Source of the DNA: Gemmatimonadaceae bacterium
GTDB taxonomy: Bacteria; Gemmatimonadota; Gemmatimonadetes; Gemmatimonadales; Gemmatimonadaceae
Direction: 5' to 3'
Assembly: GCA_036393095.1 (NCBI GenBank)
Contig: DASVWS010000116.1
Coordinates: 4,793 to 68,792, forward strand
DNA length: 64,000 nucleotides
Under the pieces are notes generated by a model. It had not been told where the DNA came from. It searched no databases and saw nothing but the letters and a program-made list of their open reading frames with translations. Below, in pieces: positions 1 to 11,118 of this stretch (the stretch's first letter is position 1; every line of letters begins with the position of its first letter). The position numbers were made by a program, and so were the translations under genes.

Positions 1-330
1 GTCATGCACCACAACCCCGTGAAGGGGGAGCTTTCCCAGCGGCACGGGCTCAAGCACACGCGCCGCATCCTCGGCTACTTCGCCGACCTGGGCGTCGACC
101 TCGTGCTGTGCGGGCACGACCATCAGGAGGCCGTGCACTTCGTGGAGCACACCGCCAAGGGCACCATCGTCTCCACGGCCGGCACCGTGTCCAACCGGTC
201 GCGCGGCGGGCGCCCGTCGTCGGTCAACAGCATCCAGGTCACCGACCAGACGATCGAGGTGACCACGCTCGTGTGGTCGGATGCCGCGCGCGCGTTCACC
301 GTGGGGCCATCCAAACGCTTTCCGCGCTGA
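1..330 (+). CDS. Metallophosphoesterase, C-terminal fragment (5' end outside window)
   Basis: ORF 4..330 enters from the window edge. It contains LCGHDHQ, a GHDH-type metal-binding motif of calcineurin-like phosphoesterases. Stop at 328-330. Confidence 0.55.
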   Translation, partial: VMHHNPVKGELSQRHGLKHTRRILGYFADLGVDLVLCGHDHQEAVHFVEHTAKGTIVSTAGTVSNRSRGGRPSSVNSIQVTDQTIEVTTLVWSDAARAFTVGPSKRFPR

Positions 331-338
331 AGCGGCTC

Positions 339-1043
339 GTGCGCCGCGGCGCCGATCCGGCGCAGCTCGAGCTCGGCGTCGAGCCCCCCGCGCCGCGCGA
401 CGCCGAAGAGCTCCTCGCACGCCTCCGCACGCTCGGCATGCACCGCATCGACCGGTGCGTGCTCACGCGCAACCGCACCGTCATGGTGAGCTTCGGCCAC
501 GGAGAGATCCGCGTGCACGAAGGCTATCTCGGCGCGCCCGAGTCGGTGCTCCGCGCCGTCGTCGCGTTCGTCGAGGGCCGCACCCGCACCGAACGGCGCG
601 CCGCCCGGGAGGCGATCGTCGCCGCGCGCGTCGTGTCGCACGTGACGCCCCGGCCGCCCGAGCGCACCCACCCCGACGACGCGGCGCTCGTGGCGCGGCT
701 GCAGGAGCTGCACGCCCGGCTCAACCTGGAGCGGTTCGGCGGATCACTGCGCGAGATCCCGGTGCGCGTGTCCCGCCGCATGAAGTCGCGGCTCGGCCAC
801 TACGTGCCGGCCAGCCAGGGCGCGCCGGTGGAGATCGTCATCAGCCGCCGCCACGTGCGCCGGGACGGCTGGGCCGACGCGACCGACACCCTGCTCCACG
901 AGATGGTCCACCAGTGGCAGGACGAGTCCGGGCTTCCCGTGGACCACCGCGCCGCCTTTCGTCGAAAAGCGCGCGAGGTCGGGGCCGCCCCGACAGCGAA
1001 GAAGGTCGTCGACCGGACGGGCGAGCGGCGCCGCGCCGGCTGA
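339..1043 (+). CDS. SprT-like zinc metalloprotease domain protein
   Basis: Distal part of ORF 108..1043. HEMVHQW (HExxH) preceded by SRRMKSRLGHY is typical of SprT-like domains. The 5' part of the ORF overlaps the previous gene, so the start is placed at in-frame GTG ~339 (CTG 327 also possible). Confidence 0.55.
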   Translation: MRRGADPAQLELGVEPPAPRDAEELLARLRTLGMHRIDRCVLTRNRTVMVSFGHGEIRVHEGYLGAPESVLRAVVAFVEGRTRTERRAAREAIVAARVVSHVTPRPPERTHPDDAALVARLQELHARLNLERFGGSLREIPVRVSRRMKSRLGHYVPASQGAPVEIVISRRHVRRDGWADATDTLLHEMVHQWQDESGLPVDHRAAFRRKAREVGAAPTAKKVVDRTGERRRAG

Positions 1044-1088
1044 GCTGCCCCGCTGGCCCCGCGCGCCGGGGAACGTAGCTTTCCCGGC

Positions 1089-3584
1089 ATGACACCACGC
1101 TCGATCCGCGCGCTCGCGGGCGCGCTCGTTCTCGCCCCCCTCCTCTGGTCCGGCGCGCGCGGGGCCGGCCCCGTGCCTCCGCTCGGCGGCCTGCTCGACC
1201 CCGCGAACGGCGCCTGGGCGGCCGCCGACCACGCCGCGCTGCCGTCGCGCGCCGCGGCGCGCATCCCCGGGTTGCGGGATGCGGTCAGCGTCCGCTACGA
1301 CGACCGCGGCGTCCCGCACATCTTCGCCGCCACCGAGCTCGATGCCTATCGCGCGCTCGGCTACGTCGTGGCGCGCGACCGCCTGTTCCAGCTCGATCTG
1401 CAGACGCACGCCGCGTCGGGGCGGCTCACCGAGTGGGTCGGCGCCCGCGCGCTGCCGCTCGACCGGCAGACGCGAGACCTCGGCATGCCGCGCGCCGCGG
1501 AGCAGAAGCTCGCGGCGATGGACACGAGCGGCATGGCGTGGAAGGTCATGCAGGCGTTCGCCGACGGCGTGAACGCGTACATCGACGCACTCGCGCCTTC
1601 CGAATGGCCGGTGGAGTACCGCCTGCTCGGCGTCCGCCCGGAGCGGTGGAGCCCCATCAACTCCATCCACCTGTTCAACCGGATGGGGCAGACTCTGTCG
1701 TACATCCCTGACGAAGCGGACCGGCTGGCGGCGCGCGCCCTGGTCGGCGACTCGGCGGCGGACGCGCTCTTCCCGATCGACGATCCGATCCAGCAGCCGC
1801 TGCAGCCTGACGGCGATCCGGCGCCGAGCTTCGACTTCGTGCGCCTTCCGCCCCCGGGCCGTCCGGATACCGCGGCGCAGGAACTCGCCGCGCTGTTCCA
1901 GAGCATCGAGCCGCCGGGACGCGCGTCCGACGCCGACCCGCGGCACTTCGCCAGCAACAACTGGGCGGTGGCCCCGTCGCGCACCGCCGACGGCCACGCG
2001 CTGCTCGCCAACGATCCGCATCTGGGGCTGACGCTGCCGAGCATCTGGTACGAAACGCAGCTCGTGGTGCCGGGCAAGCTCGACGTCTACGGCGTCACGA
2101 TTCCCGGCGCGCCGGGCATCGTGCTGGGCTTCAATCGCGATCTCGCATGGGGATTCACGAATACCGGCGCCGACGTCGTGGACTTCTACCGCGAGACGGT
2201 GAACGACGCGGCGAACCCGACGAAGTACCGCGTGGACGGCGTCTGGAAGCCGCTGCAGCTTCGCGTCGAGGTGTACCGCGGCAAGGACGGCAGCGTGCTC
2301 GCCACCGACACCGTTCGGTACACGCACCGCGGCCCGATGCTGCATCGGTTCGGCGCCTGGGTCTCGATGCGGTGGACGCTGCTCGAGCCGTCGCACGAGA
2401 TCACGGCCTTCTACGATGCGGCGCACGCTACCACCGCCCGGGAGTTCCTGGACGACATGGCGCGCAGCTTCTTCGTGCCGGCGCAGAACATGATCGTCGC
2501 CGACCGGCAGGGGAACATCGCGATTCGCTCCACGGGGCACTTCCCGCTGCGTCCGAAGGGGACGAACGGCCTCGAGATCTTCGACGGCTCGAAGAGCGCC
2601 AGCGACTGGACCGGGTACTGGCCGGTGGACAAGTACCCGCAGTCGTTCAATCCCGCGCAGGGATACCTCGCGTCCGCCAACCAGCAGCCCGAGGCGCCGT
2701 CGGCGCGGTTCGCGTACCTGGGCAACGAACACGGCTACGATCCCTGGCGCGCCATGGACATCAACCGGCTGCTCCGCGGGGACGGAAAGGTCACCGTCGA
2801 CGACATGCGGCGGTTCCAGGTCGACCCGCTGAGCGTACGCGCGATCCTGTTCGACTCGATCTTCGTCGCGAGCGGAGACTCGCTCGCCGCCGGTTCGGGC
2901 GCGTCGCCGTCGCTGCGCAGCGCGGTACGCATCCTCAAGGAATGGAACCGCCTCTACACGCGCGACAACGGCGGAGCGGCGCTGTTCGAGGAGGTCATGC
3001 GCGAGCTGCGCAACTTCACGTGGGACGAGCTGGCGGATGCGGATGGCCGGCGGGCGGCCACTCCGTCCGATGCGGTGATGCTGGAATTGCTCCACCAGCC
3101 CCGAAGCATCTGGTGGGACGACCGCCGCACGCGGACCGTCGTCGAGACGCGCGACGCAATCCTGGCGCGCGCGCTTGCCGCCTCGTACGACACGCTTGCG
3201 GTTCGGTACGGCGCGCCGGACGCGAACGGATGGGCGTGGGACCGGTTCGCCAAGGTGGACATCCGGCATCTGCTGGGACTGCCCGGCTTCTCGGTGCTCG
3301 GCCTCGTGACCGATGGCGGGCGCGGCACGCTCAACCCGGCGCCGGGCAGCGGCGGGTTCGGCCCGAGCTGGCGGCTGGTGGTCGAGCTTGGCCCGCAGGT
3401 GAGGGCGTGGGACACGTATCCGGGCGGCCAGAGCGGGAATCCGGCCAGCCCGGCGTACGAGGACCGAATTTCGCAGTGGCTCGTCGGCGGCTTGAGTCCG
3501 GCGCTCTTTCCCCGCGATTCGACGGACCTGCCCGCGACGGCGACGCGCGCGGTGCTGACGCTGGAACCGGAGGGTGCCCGATGA
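1089..3584 (+). CDS. Penicillin/AHL acylase family protein (Ntn hydrolase, S45), secreted
   Basis: 831-aa ORF with an N-terminal signal-like segment (ALAGALVLAPLLW). The HFASNNWAVAPSRTADGHALLANDPHL motif has the nucleophile Ser of the beta chain. Confidence 0.85.
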   Translation: MTPRSIRALAGALVLAPLLWSGARGAGPVPPLGGLLDPANGAWAAADHAALPSRAAARIPGLRDAVSVRYDDRGVPHIFAATELDAYRALGYVVARDRLFQLDLQTHAASGRLTEWVGARALPLDRQTRDLGMPRAAEQKLAAMDTSGMAWKVMQAFADGVNAYIDALAPSEWPVEYRLLGVRPERWSPINSIHLFNRMGQTLSYIPDEADRLAARALVGDSAADALFPIDDPIQQPLQPDGDPAPSFDFVRLPPPGRPDTAAQELAALFQSIEPPGRASDADPRHFASNNWAVAPSRTADGHALLANDPHLGLTLPSIWYETQLVVPGKLDVYGVTIPGAPGIVLGFNRDLAWGFTNTGADVVDFYRETVNDAANPTKYRVDGVWKPLQLRVEVYRGKDGSVLATDTVRYTHRGPMLHRFGAWVSMRWTLLEPSHEITAFYDAAHATTAREFLDDMARSFFVPAQNMIVADRQGNIAIRSTGHFPLRPKGTNGLEIFDGSKSASDWTGYWPVDKYPQSFNPAQGYLASANQQPEAPSARFAYLGNEHGYDPWRAMDINRLLRGDGKVTVDDMRRFQVDPLSVRAILFDSIFVASGDSLAAGSGASPSLRSAVRILKEWNRLYTRDNGGAALFEEVMRELRNFTWDELADADGRRAATPSDAVMLELLHQPRSIWWDDRRTRTVVETRDAILARALAASYDTLAVRYGAPDANGWAWDRFAKVDIRHLLGLPGFSVLGLVTDGGRGTLNPAPGSGGFGPSWRLVVELGPQVRAWDTYPGGQSGNPASPAYEDRISQWLVGGLSPALFPRDSTDLPATATRAVLTLEPEGAR

Positions 3585-3955
3585 GCCGCGCTCTCCTGCG
3601 CTTGGTCCTTCTGATCGTGGCGTTCGGCCTGGGCACGTATGCGTTCGGGTGGTGGGCCGTGCCGATCGTAGCGCTCGCGTGGGGCGCGATGAACGGGGCC
3701 GCGCGCCGGGTGGCCGTGCGCGCCGGCGCTGCCGCGGCGCTCGCCTGGGCGCTGCTCCTCCTCGCGCCGGCAGTCATACGCGATCCGGTGGTGTCGTTCG
3801 GCGCCAAGCTGGCCGGGGCGATGCAGCTGCCGGTGTGGGCGCTGTGGGCAGCGGAATTGGTCTTTCCCTTCCTCGTTGCCTGGTCGGCCGCCCTGCTCGG
3901 CTCCGCGGTCCACGGCGTGCCGCCGGCGCGGGACAGCGCCGCGCGTGCGCAGTAG
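3581..3955 (+). CDS. Small integral membrane protein, unknown function
   Basis: Last 124 codons of ORF 2147..3955, starting MSRALLRLVLLIVAFGLGTYAFGWW. About 4 hydrophobic helices. The ATG overlaps the acylase stop (ATGA), suggesting translational coupling. Confidence 0.5.
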   Translation: MSRALLRLVLLIVAFGLGTYAFGWWAVPIVALAWGAMNGAARRVAVRAGAAAALAWALLLLAPAVIRDPVVSFGAKLAGAMQLPVWALWAAELVFPFLVAWSAALLGSAVHGVPPARDSAARAQ

Positions 3956-3964
3956 ATTCCACGC

Positions 3965-5137
<1,173 letters not shown>

Positions 5138-5140
<3 letters not shown>

Positions 5141-5200
5141 CAGTTGACAGTCGGCAGTTGCCAGTGCACTGCCGACTGCCGACTGCCGACTGCCGACGTC
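5138..5200. repeat. Heptad-periodic imperfect palindrome (nine 7-nt units; CTGCCGA x4 on the right arm)
   Basis: Reads TGACAGT TGACAGT CGGCAGT TGCCAGT GCACTGC CGACTGC CGACTGC CGACTGC CGACGTC. The perfect palindromic core CAGTGCACTG lies at ~5162-5171, and the arms GTCGGCAGTTGC / CCGACTGCCGAC pair with 2 mismatches. It begins at the gcdH stop codon. Confidence 0.75.
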
Positions 5201-5233
5201 AGCTTGAACGCCCCCGGCCTCTGGTTATCTTCC

Positions 5234-5251
5234 ATGTGAATCTTTTCACAT
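5234..5251. promoter_or_regulatory. Candidate operator palindrome upstream of etfB
   Basis: ATGTGAA-TCTT-TTCACAT is a perfect 7-4-7 inverted repeat in an AT-richer patch, 14 nt upstream of the etfB GTG start. Confidence 0.35.
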
Positions 5252-5264
5252 ACGGGGACGGACC

Positions 5265-6017
5265 GTGAAGATCGCCGTCTGCATCAAGCGCGTTCCGGAC
5301 ATGGAATCGCGCTTCAAGATCGCCGCCAGCGGCGTCGCGATCGATGAAACCGGGCTCAAGTTCGACATCAGCGACTTCGACGCCTACGCCGTGGAGGTCG
5401 CCCTCCAGATCAACGAGAAGGCGGGCTCAGGCGAGACCACCGTCATCTGCCTCGGACCCGACGTGGTCCAGGAAACGATCCGCAAGGCATTGAGCATGGG
5501 CGCCGAGAAGGGCGTGCAGCTCAAGGCGGACAGCGTGCCCGCCGACTCGCTGGCCATCGCCAAAGCGCTGGCCGCGGAGCTCAAGGACGGCGGCTACGAG
5601 CTGATCCTCTTCGGCAAGCACTCGCTCGACGCGATGACCGGCGGCGCCGGAACCATGGTCGCCGAGCTGCTCGGGCTCCCCTGCCTGACCGCCGCATCGA
5701 AACTGGAATTCGTGAACGGGAAGGCGGTGGCCCGCCGCGAGCTCGAGGGGGCCGCCGAGATGCTCGAGTTCCCGCTGCCCGCCGTGGTCACCATCGACGA
5801 GGGCATCGCGCGCCCCCGCTATCCGTCGCTCAAGGGGATCATGGCCGCGAAGAAGAAGCCGCTCGACGTGAAGCCCGCCCAGCTCGGCGACGTCCGCGTG
5901 ACGGTCGAGAAGATGGCGCTGCCGCCGGAACGCCCGGCCGGCCGCATCATCGGCACCGGTCCCGACGCCGTGCCCGAGCTCGTCCGGCTCCTCCAGACCG
6001 AAGCAAAGGTGCTCTGA
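5265..6017 (+). CDS. etfB: Electron transfer flavoprotein beta subunit
   Basis: MKIAVCIKRVPD N-terminus and 250-aa length are typical of EtfB. It overlaps etfA by 1 nt. Confidence 0.9.
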   Translation: MKIAVCIKRVPDMESRFKIAASGVAIDETGLKFDISDFDAYAVEVALQINEKAGSGETTVICLGPDVVQETIRKALSMGAEKGVQLKADSVPADSLAIAKALAAELKDGGYELILFGKHSLDAMTGGAGTMVAELLGLPCLTAASKLEFVNGKAVARRELEGAAEMLEFPLPAVVTIDEGIARPRYPSLKGIMAAKKKPLDVKPAQLGDVRVTVEKMALPPERPAGRIIGTGPDAVPELVRLLQTEAKVL

Positions 6018-7000
6018 TGCCAAATATCCTCGCAGTAGCGGAGACGCGCGGTGGTGAGCTGCGCAAGGTCGCCCTCGAAGCGGTGACGGCCGCGCGCGCG
6101 CTGGCCGACGCGTCTGGCGGCGGCGAAGTCCACGCGCTGGTGTTCGGTCCCCCGGGCACGGCGGCGAAAGCCGAACCGCTGGCGCAGCACGGCGCCGACA
6201 AGGTGCTGGTGTGCGAGCACGCGGCCTACGGCAAGGCCGACGCCGAGTCGATGTCGGCCACGATCGCGGCGCGTGCTGCCGGCTTCCCCGTGGTGCTCCT
6301 CAGCGCCTCGGCGCAGGGGAAGGATCTCGCCCCGCGCGTGTCGGCGAGGTTGAATGCGCCGCTGCTGTCCGACTGCCTGACGGTCCGGCTGTCCGACAAT
6401 GCCGTGGTCGTCACTCACCCGACGTACACCGGCAAGATCATCGCGACGCTCAAGGCGGGCCCCACGCCCGTCGTCGTGAGCGTCCGGCCGAACGCCACCA
6501 CGCCGGCCGCGAACGCCAGGCCGCTGGCCACGGAGACGATCGCGCCGGCCAGCGATCCCTCGGCGTCGCGCGTGAAAGTGACCGAGGTGGTGGCGAGCGG
6601 CGGAGCGAAGCTCGATCTCGGCGAAGCGCCGGTGATCATCTCCGGTGGGCGCGGGCTCAAGGAGGCGGCGAACTTCAAGCTCGTCGAGGATCTCGCTGCC
6701 GCCTTCGGCAACGCCGCGGTCGGCGCCACGCGCGCCGTGACCGACGACGGCTGGCGTCCGCACAGCGACCAGATCGGCCAGACGGGCCGGCTGGTGAGCC
6801 CCGAACTCTACGTCGCGGTGGGGATCTCGGGCGCCATCCAGCATCTGGCCGGCATGCGCACGTCGAGGACCATCGTCGCCATCAACAAGGATCCCGAAGC
6901 GCCGATCTTCAAGGTGGCCGACTACGGCATCGTCGGCGACGCGCTGGAGATCGTGCCGGCGCTTACGGCCGCGGTGCGGGCCGCGAAACAGGCGCACTGA
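6017..7000 (+). CDS. etfA: Electron transfer flavoprotein alpha subunit
   Basis: 327 aa. C-terminal FAD-binding signature [19 protein letters not shown]. Confidence 0.9.
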   Translation: MPNILAVAETRGGELRKVALEAVTAARALADASGGGEVHALVFGPPGTAAKAEPLAQHGADKVLVCEHAAYGKADAESMSATIAARAAGFPVVLLSASAQGKDLAPRVSARLNAPLLSDCLTVRLSDNAVVVTHPTYTGKIIATLKAGPTPVVVSVRPNATTPAANARPLATETIAPASDPSASRVKVTEVVASGGAKLDLGEAPVIISGGRGLKEAANFKLVEDLAAAFGNAAVGATRAVTDDGWRPHSDQIGQTGRLVSPELYVAVGISGAIQHLAGMRTSRTIVAINKDPEAPIFKVADYGIVGDALEIVPALTAAVRAAKQAH

Positions 7001-7026
7001 GCGCGGAGAATTTCGTCTTGTATCCG

Positions 7027-7068
7027 ATGCCCGCGGCGGACTAGCTTCCCCGCGGGCATTCGTTTTTC
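7027..7068 (+). terminator. Rho-independent terminator-like hairpin after etfA
   Basis: ATGCCCGCGG ... CCGCGGGCAT forms a 10-bp stem, followed by TCGTTTTTC. Confidence 0.55.
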
Positions 7069-7089
7069 ACGCCGGGTGGAGCGTCGGGT

Positions 7090-9111
7090 ATGTCCGCGGA
7101 ACGCGTGATCTTCGTCTTCGTGCTGCTGGTGGCGGCGGGCTTCTTCTCGCTGAACGTCCAGCGGCTGATCGAGTACCTGCGACTCGGCCGGCGCGAGAAC
7201 CGGCTGGACCACCCCTGGCATCGCGCGTGGAACGTCCTGCGCATCGGCATCGCCCAGGCCAAGATCCTGCGCGACCCGGTGGCCGGTCCGATGCACGCCG
7301 GCATCTTCTGGGGATTCCTCGTGCTCACCGCGGGCACGGTGGAGTTGATCGTGCAGGGGATCGCGCCGGGGTTCTCGTACGAGCACTTCCTGCCGCGTCC
7401 CGTGTGGTTCGCGTACTCAGCGTCGCAGGACGGATTCGCGGCGATCGTGCTCGCCGCGGTGGCGTTCGCGTTCTTCCGCCGCCTCGTGCTGCATCCGAAG
7501 CGCCTGGACGGCGACCACACGCATCACGGCGACGCGTACTTCATCCTCGGCATGATCGGCGCGCTGATGGTGACGCTGCTGGCGATGTTCGCCTTCACGG
7601 GGGCGGCCGATCCCGCGGCCCTCGGTACCGAGAAGTTCATCTCGCGCGCGCTCGCCGGCCTCCTGCACGGCGTCTCGCCCGCCACCGCGGCCGCGGTCGC
7701 CCACGGCAACTGGTGGGCGCACGTCCTGCTGGTGCTCTTCTTCCTCAACTACCTGCCGTATTCCAAGCACCTGCACGTGGTGACGTCGCTGTTCAACGTG
7801 TTCTTCTCCAACACCAGCGGGCCGTCGCAGAAGGGCGTGATGCGCTACATGGACCTCGAAGCGGACGTCGAGCAGTTCGGCGCCAACGACGTCCAGCAGC
7901 TCACGTGGAAGAACCTGCTCGACGGCTACTCGTGCACGGAATGCGGGCGCTGCACGTCGGTATGTCCCGCCAACATCACGGGCAAACCGCTCAGTCCGCG
8001 CAAGATCGTGATCAACACGCGCCAGCGCCTCATGGAAACGGTCGGCGGACTTCCGCTGGTGCACGAGCACGCCGCCGCCGGCGACGGCCGGCACCTGCTC
8101 GACGACTACATCACCGACGCCGAGCTCTGGGCGTGCACGAGCTGCCGGGCCTGCGTGCAGGAATGCCCGGTGTCCATCGACCAGCTGGACATCATCAACG
8201 AGATGCGGCGCTACCTCGTGCTCTCCGAATCGCGCTTTCCGGAGGAGCTGCAGCCGGCGTTCGAATCCATGGAGCGCAACGGCTCGCCGTGGGCGTTCAA
8301 CCCCGCCGATCGCGGCCAGTGGGCCGAGGGACTCGATATCCCGACGATGGCCGAAGCGTTCGCCCGCGGCCACCGCCCGCAGGTGCTCTACTGGGTGGGA
8401 TGCATGGGCTCGTTCGACGAACGCGCCAGGAAGACCACGGTCGCCTTCGCCCGCATCCTGCAGGCGTGCGGCATCGACTTCGCCATCCTGGGCCAGGAGG
8501 AGAGCTGCAACGGCGACCCGGCCCGCCGGATGGGGAACGAGTACCTCTATCAGATGCTCGCGAAGAACGCCATCGAAACCCTCGACCGCTACCAGGTACG
8601 GACCATCGTCACGGCGTGCCCGCACTGCTTCCACCAGATCGGCAACGAGTTCCCGCAGCTCGGCGGGATGTACGAGGTCATCCACCACTCCACGTTCATC
8701 GAGCGGCTGCTGCAGGAGCACCGCGTGCCGCTGCAGACCGAGGACGGCAAGGCGCTCACCGTGGCGTACCACGACTCGTGCTATCTGGGGCGCTACAACG
8801 ACGTGTACGACGCCCCGCGCGAGACGATCCGGCGCGCGCTGCCGATCGTGAAGCTGGTGGAGCCGGAACGCAGCCGCGACCGTGGGCTCTGCTGCGGGGC
8901 CGGCGGCGGGCGCATGTTCATGGAAGAGAACACCGGCAAGCGCATCAACGCCGAGCGCACCGAAGAATTGCTGGCCACCGGCGCCGATACCATCGCCGTC
9001 GCCTGCCCATTCTGCATGACGATGATGAACGACAGCGTGAAGTCGCGCGACGCCGACGTCAGCGTGGTGGACATCGCCGAGGTCGTGGCCGACCGGCTCG
9101 CCACCGCCTGA
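7090..9111 (+). CDS. Membrane-bound Fe-S oxidoreductase (EtfD/HdrD-like; TM domain, 2x[4Fe-4S], 2 CCG domains)
   Basis: 673 aa. The N-terminal ~230 aa have multiple TM helices. Ferredoxin motifs [12 protein letters not shown] and [12 protein letters not shown] are present. Cys-rich CCG-type motifs are [23 protein letters not shown] and CPFCMTMM. It sits directly downstream of etfBA. Confidence 0.75.
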   Translation: MSAERVIFVFVLLVAAGFFSLNVQRLIEYLRLGRRENRLDHPWHRAWNVLRIGIAQAKILRDPVAGPMHAGIFWGFLVLTAGTVELIVQGIAPGFSYEHFLPRPVWFAYSASQDGFAAIVLAAVAFAFFRRLVLHPKRLDGDHTHHGDAYFILGMIGALMVTLLAMFAFTGAADPAALGTEKFISRALAGLLHGVSPATAAAVAHGNWWAHVLLVLFFLNYLPYSKHLHVVTSLFNVFFSNTSGPSQKGVMRYMDLEADVEQFGANDVQQLTWKNLLDGYSCTECGRCTSVCPANITGKPLSPRKIVINTRQRLMETVGGLPLVHEHAAAGDGRHLLDDYITDAELWACTSCRACVQECPVSIDQLDIINEMRRYLVLSESRFPEELQPAFESMERNGSPWAFNPADRGQWAEGLDIPTMAEAFARGHRPQVLYWVGCMGSFDERARKTTVAFARILQACGIDFAILGQEESCNGDPARRMGNEYLYQMLAKNAIETLDRYQVRTIVTACPHCFHQIGNEFPQLGGMYEVIHHSTFIERLLQEHRVPLQTEDGKALTVAYHDSCYLGRYNDVYDAPRETIRRALPIVKLVEPERSRDRGLCCGAGGGRMFMEENTGKRINAERTEELLATGADTIAVACPFCMTMMNDSVKSRDADVSVVDIAEVVADRLATA

Positions 9112-9283
9112 TCGGGGTCTGGGGCGTCACGGTCCGCGCCGTGCCATCACGCGGCGCGAGCGGCCGGACCCGCCACGCAGATCGCCATGCATCGTGCAGT
9201 TCACCAGATGGGCGATGTTTGTGCGCTCTTAACGTGCTGTCGTAAACCGTGTTGCGGTAACGGGATGAGATGCAGGCCAAGCC

Positions 9284-9299
9284 TGGCACCGCCCGTGCA
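9284..9299 (+). promoter_or_regulatory. Sigma-54-like -24/-12 element upstream of the pilin gene
   Basis: TGGCAC-cgccc-GTGCA (consensus TGGCAC-N5-TTGCA, one mismatch in the -12 box), ~80 nt upstream of the pilin ATG. Confidence 0.35.
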
Positions 9300-9380
9300 C
9301 TTGCAGGGGCCGACGCGGATGAACGCGAGCTCGGAAAGGCAAAGGCAAACAGTCCCATCCTCCACAACAGGGAAGGCACA

Positions 9381-9770
9381 ATGTTGAAAAAGCGCGAAGG
9401 CTTCACCCTCATCGAACTCCTGATCGTGGTCGTGATCATCGGCATTCTGGCCGCGATCGCGATTCCGAAGTTCGCCAACACGAAGGACAAGGCCTACATC
9501 ACGGCCATGAAGTCGGACCTTCGGAACATGGTCACCGCGGAGGAAGCCTTCTTCTCCGATTCGTCCGCGTACTCTGCGATCATGGATTCGGTGCACGTCA
9601 ACTTCAAGCAGTCGACGGGCGTGAACACCCCGACGATCGTGACGGGCCCGGGCTACTGGTCGGCGACCGTGACGCACAGCCAGCTGGCCGGCACGACCTG
9701 CGGCATCGCGGTCAACACCGCGAACCCCCTGGTTGCGACCGCCGGCGAAGGCGAGCCGGTCTGTAAGTAA
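9381..9770 (+). CDS. pilA: Type IV pilin (prepilin with N-terminal methylation site)
   Basis: MLKKREG|FTLIELLIVVVIIGILAAIAIPKF is a class III signal. A C-terminal Cys pair (TTCGIAV...GEPVCK) fits the D-region disulfide. GGGAAGG Shine-Dalgarno sequence lies upstream. The upstream part of ORF 9270..9770 is rejected. Confidence 0.85.
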   Translation: MLKKREGFTLIELLIVVVIIGILAAIAIPKFANTKDKAYITAMKSDLRNMVTAEEAFFSDSSAYSAIMDSVHVNFKQSTGVNTPTIVTGPGYWSATVTHSQLAGTTCGIAVNTANPLVATAGEGEPVCK

Positions 9771-9792
9771 CCTGGATTCACAGGGACGGAGA

Positions 9793-9829
9793 GGGCCGGG
9801 CGCACCATGCGCCCGGCCCTTTCTCTTTT
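9793..9829. terminator. Rho-independent terminator (between convergent pilA and moeA)
   Basis: GGGCCGGGCGC-accat-GCGCCCGGCCC is a perfect 11-bp stem, followed by TTTCTCTTTT. Confidence 0.7.
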
Positions 9830-9864
9830 GCGCCCGCCACTGCACGCGCCGGGTGCCGGCCCGG

Positions 9865-11115
9865 TCAGAAAGTAGCTCGGTCGGTGAGCAGTGATTCGGC
9901 CCCCAACAGGACGGCCCCCAGCGTTTCGCCCACGTCGACGCGATCCCGGTCGGCCGGGACTACGAGCAACGCATTCGCGCGGGCCATGCTGGTGAGCAGC
10001 CCGGAGCCCTGCGGCCCCGTGAGTCGTGCCTCGAGCCGCCCGTCGTCGCCCGTCGAGACCACGGCGCGCAGGAAGTGCGTCCGCGGCGCCGACGTCGTCA
10101 CCGGTTCCGTGAGTCGAGCCGGCACCGGCTGCGCGAACACCTTCGGCATGCCGAGCATCCGGCGAAGCGCCGGCTTCACGAACAGCTCGGCGGTCACCAT
10201 GCTGGACACCGGATTTCCGGGAAGCCCGATCCACGGCGCGCCGCGCCACCGTCCGAATCCGAGCGGCGCGCCCGGACGCATGGCCACCCGCCAGAAGGCC
10301 AGCTCGGCGCCGAGATCCGACAATACCCGTCGCGTGTGGTCGAACGCGCCAACGGAGATGCCACCGGACGTGATCAGCAGGTCGTGCGGCGGAAGCGCCA
10401 AGAGCCAGGCGCGCAGCGCGTCGGGATCGTCGGGGATGAGGGCGAGCGCCACCGGATCGGCGCCCGTGGCCCGCGCCAGCGCGTCCAGCGTGTAGCTGTT
10501 GGAGGAAACGATCCGCTCGCCGCGGCGCACGGCGTCGAAGCGGTCCACGTCCACGAGCTCGTCGCCCGTGGCGAGAATGGCCACTCGCGGTCGCCGCGCG
10601 ACGGGGACCACCGCGCACCCCACCGACGCGAGCACGCCGAGCGGCGCGGGCCCCAACCGCGTGCCGCCCTCGAGCGCGACGGCGCCCGCCGAGAGATCCT
10701 CGCCGCGGGGGCGCACGTTGCGGCCGGCATCGCGGTCGTCGTACAGCGTCACGCGCTCCAGCCCGGCGTCGCTGTCCTCCACGCGGATCACGCCGTCGGC
10801 GCCGTCGGGCACCGGCGCGCCCGTCATGATCCGGTACGCTTCGCCGCGCCCGAGCGGGCGCGCGGCCCGGCCGCCTGCCGCGATCGTCCCGATCACGGCC
10901 AGCGTTACCGGACGATCTCGGGAGGCGCCGTGCACGTCGTCGCTGCGCACGGCGTAGCCGTCCATCGACGCGTTGTCCCACGGGGGCAGCGCCACCGGCG
11001 AGAGGACGTCCTCGGCGAGCACGCGCTCACGTGCGGCCGCGAGCGGCACGCGCTCGGTTTCCAGCGGCCGTATCGCGGCGACGATCTCGGTGGCGGCTTC
11101 GGTGACGCTGTGCAC
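9865..11115 (-). CDS. moeA: Molybdopterin molybdotransferase
   Basis: 416 aa. The layout is MoeA-like (PPWDNASMDGYAV, LITSGGISVGAFD, GLPGNPVSSMV). Confidence 0.85.
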   Translation of the reverse strand: MHSVTEAATEIVAAIRPLETERVPLAAARERVLAEDVLSPVALPPWDNASMDGYAVRSDDVHGASRDRPVTLAVIGTIAAGGRAARPLGRGEAYRIMTGAPVPDGADGVIRVEDSDAGLERVTLYDDRDAGRNVRPRGEDLSAGAVALEGGTRLGPAPLGVLASVGCAVVPVARRPRVAILATGDELVDVDRFDAVRRGERIVSSNSYTLDALARATGADPVALALIPDDPDALRAWLLALPPHDLLITSGGISVGAFDHTRRVLSDLGAELAFWRVAMRPGAPLGFGRWRGAPWIGLPGNPVSSMVTAELFVKPALRRMLGMPKVFAQPVPARLTEPVTTSAPRTHFLRAVVSTGDDGRLEARLTGPQGSGLLTSMARANALLVVPADRDRVDVGETLGAVLLGAESLLTDRATF

Positions 11116-11118
11116 GGA

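Noticed and set aside
744-3269. 841-aa ORF antisense to the acylase gene
   Set aside because: It is Arg/His/Gly/Asp-rich with no recognisable motif and fully overlaps a gene with clear Ntn-acylase motifs. This is a typical shadow ORF of very GC-rich DNA.
2147-3580. Upstream 478 codons of ORF 2147..3955, out of frame within the acylase gene
   Set aside because: Only the last 124 codons, after the acylase stop, look like a real hydrophobic, membrane-like protein with its own ATG. The rest is an alternative frame of the acylase gene.
9187-9387. Cys-rich 66-aa ORF upstream of pilA
   Set aside because: It lies in the pilA promoter/leader and overlaps the sigma-54-like box and the pilA RBS. No Shine-Dalgarno sequence and no recognisable family.
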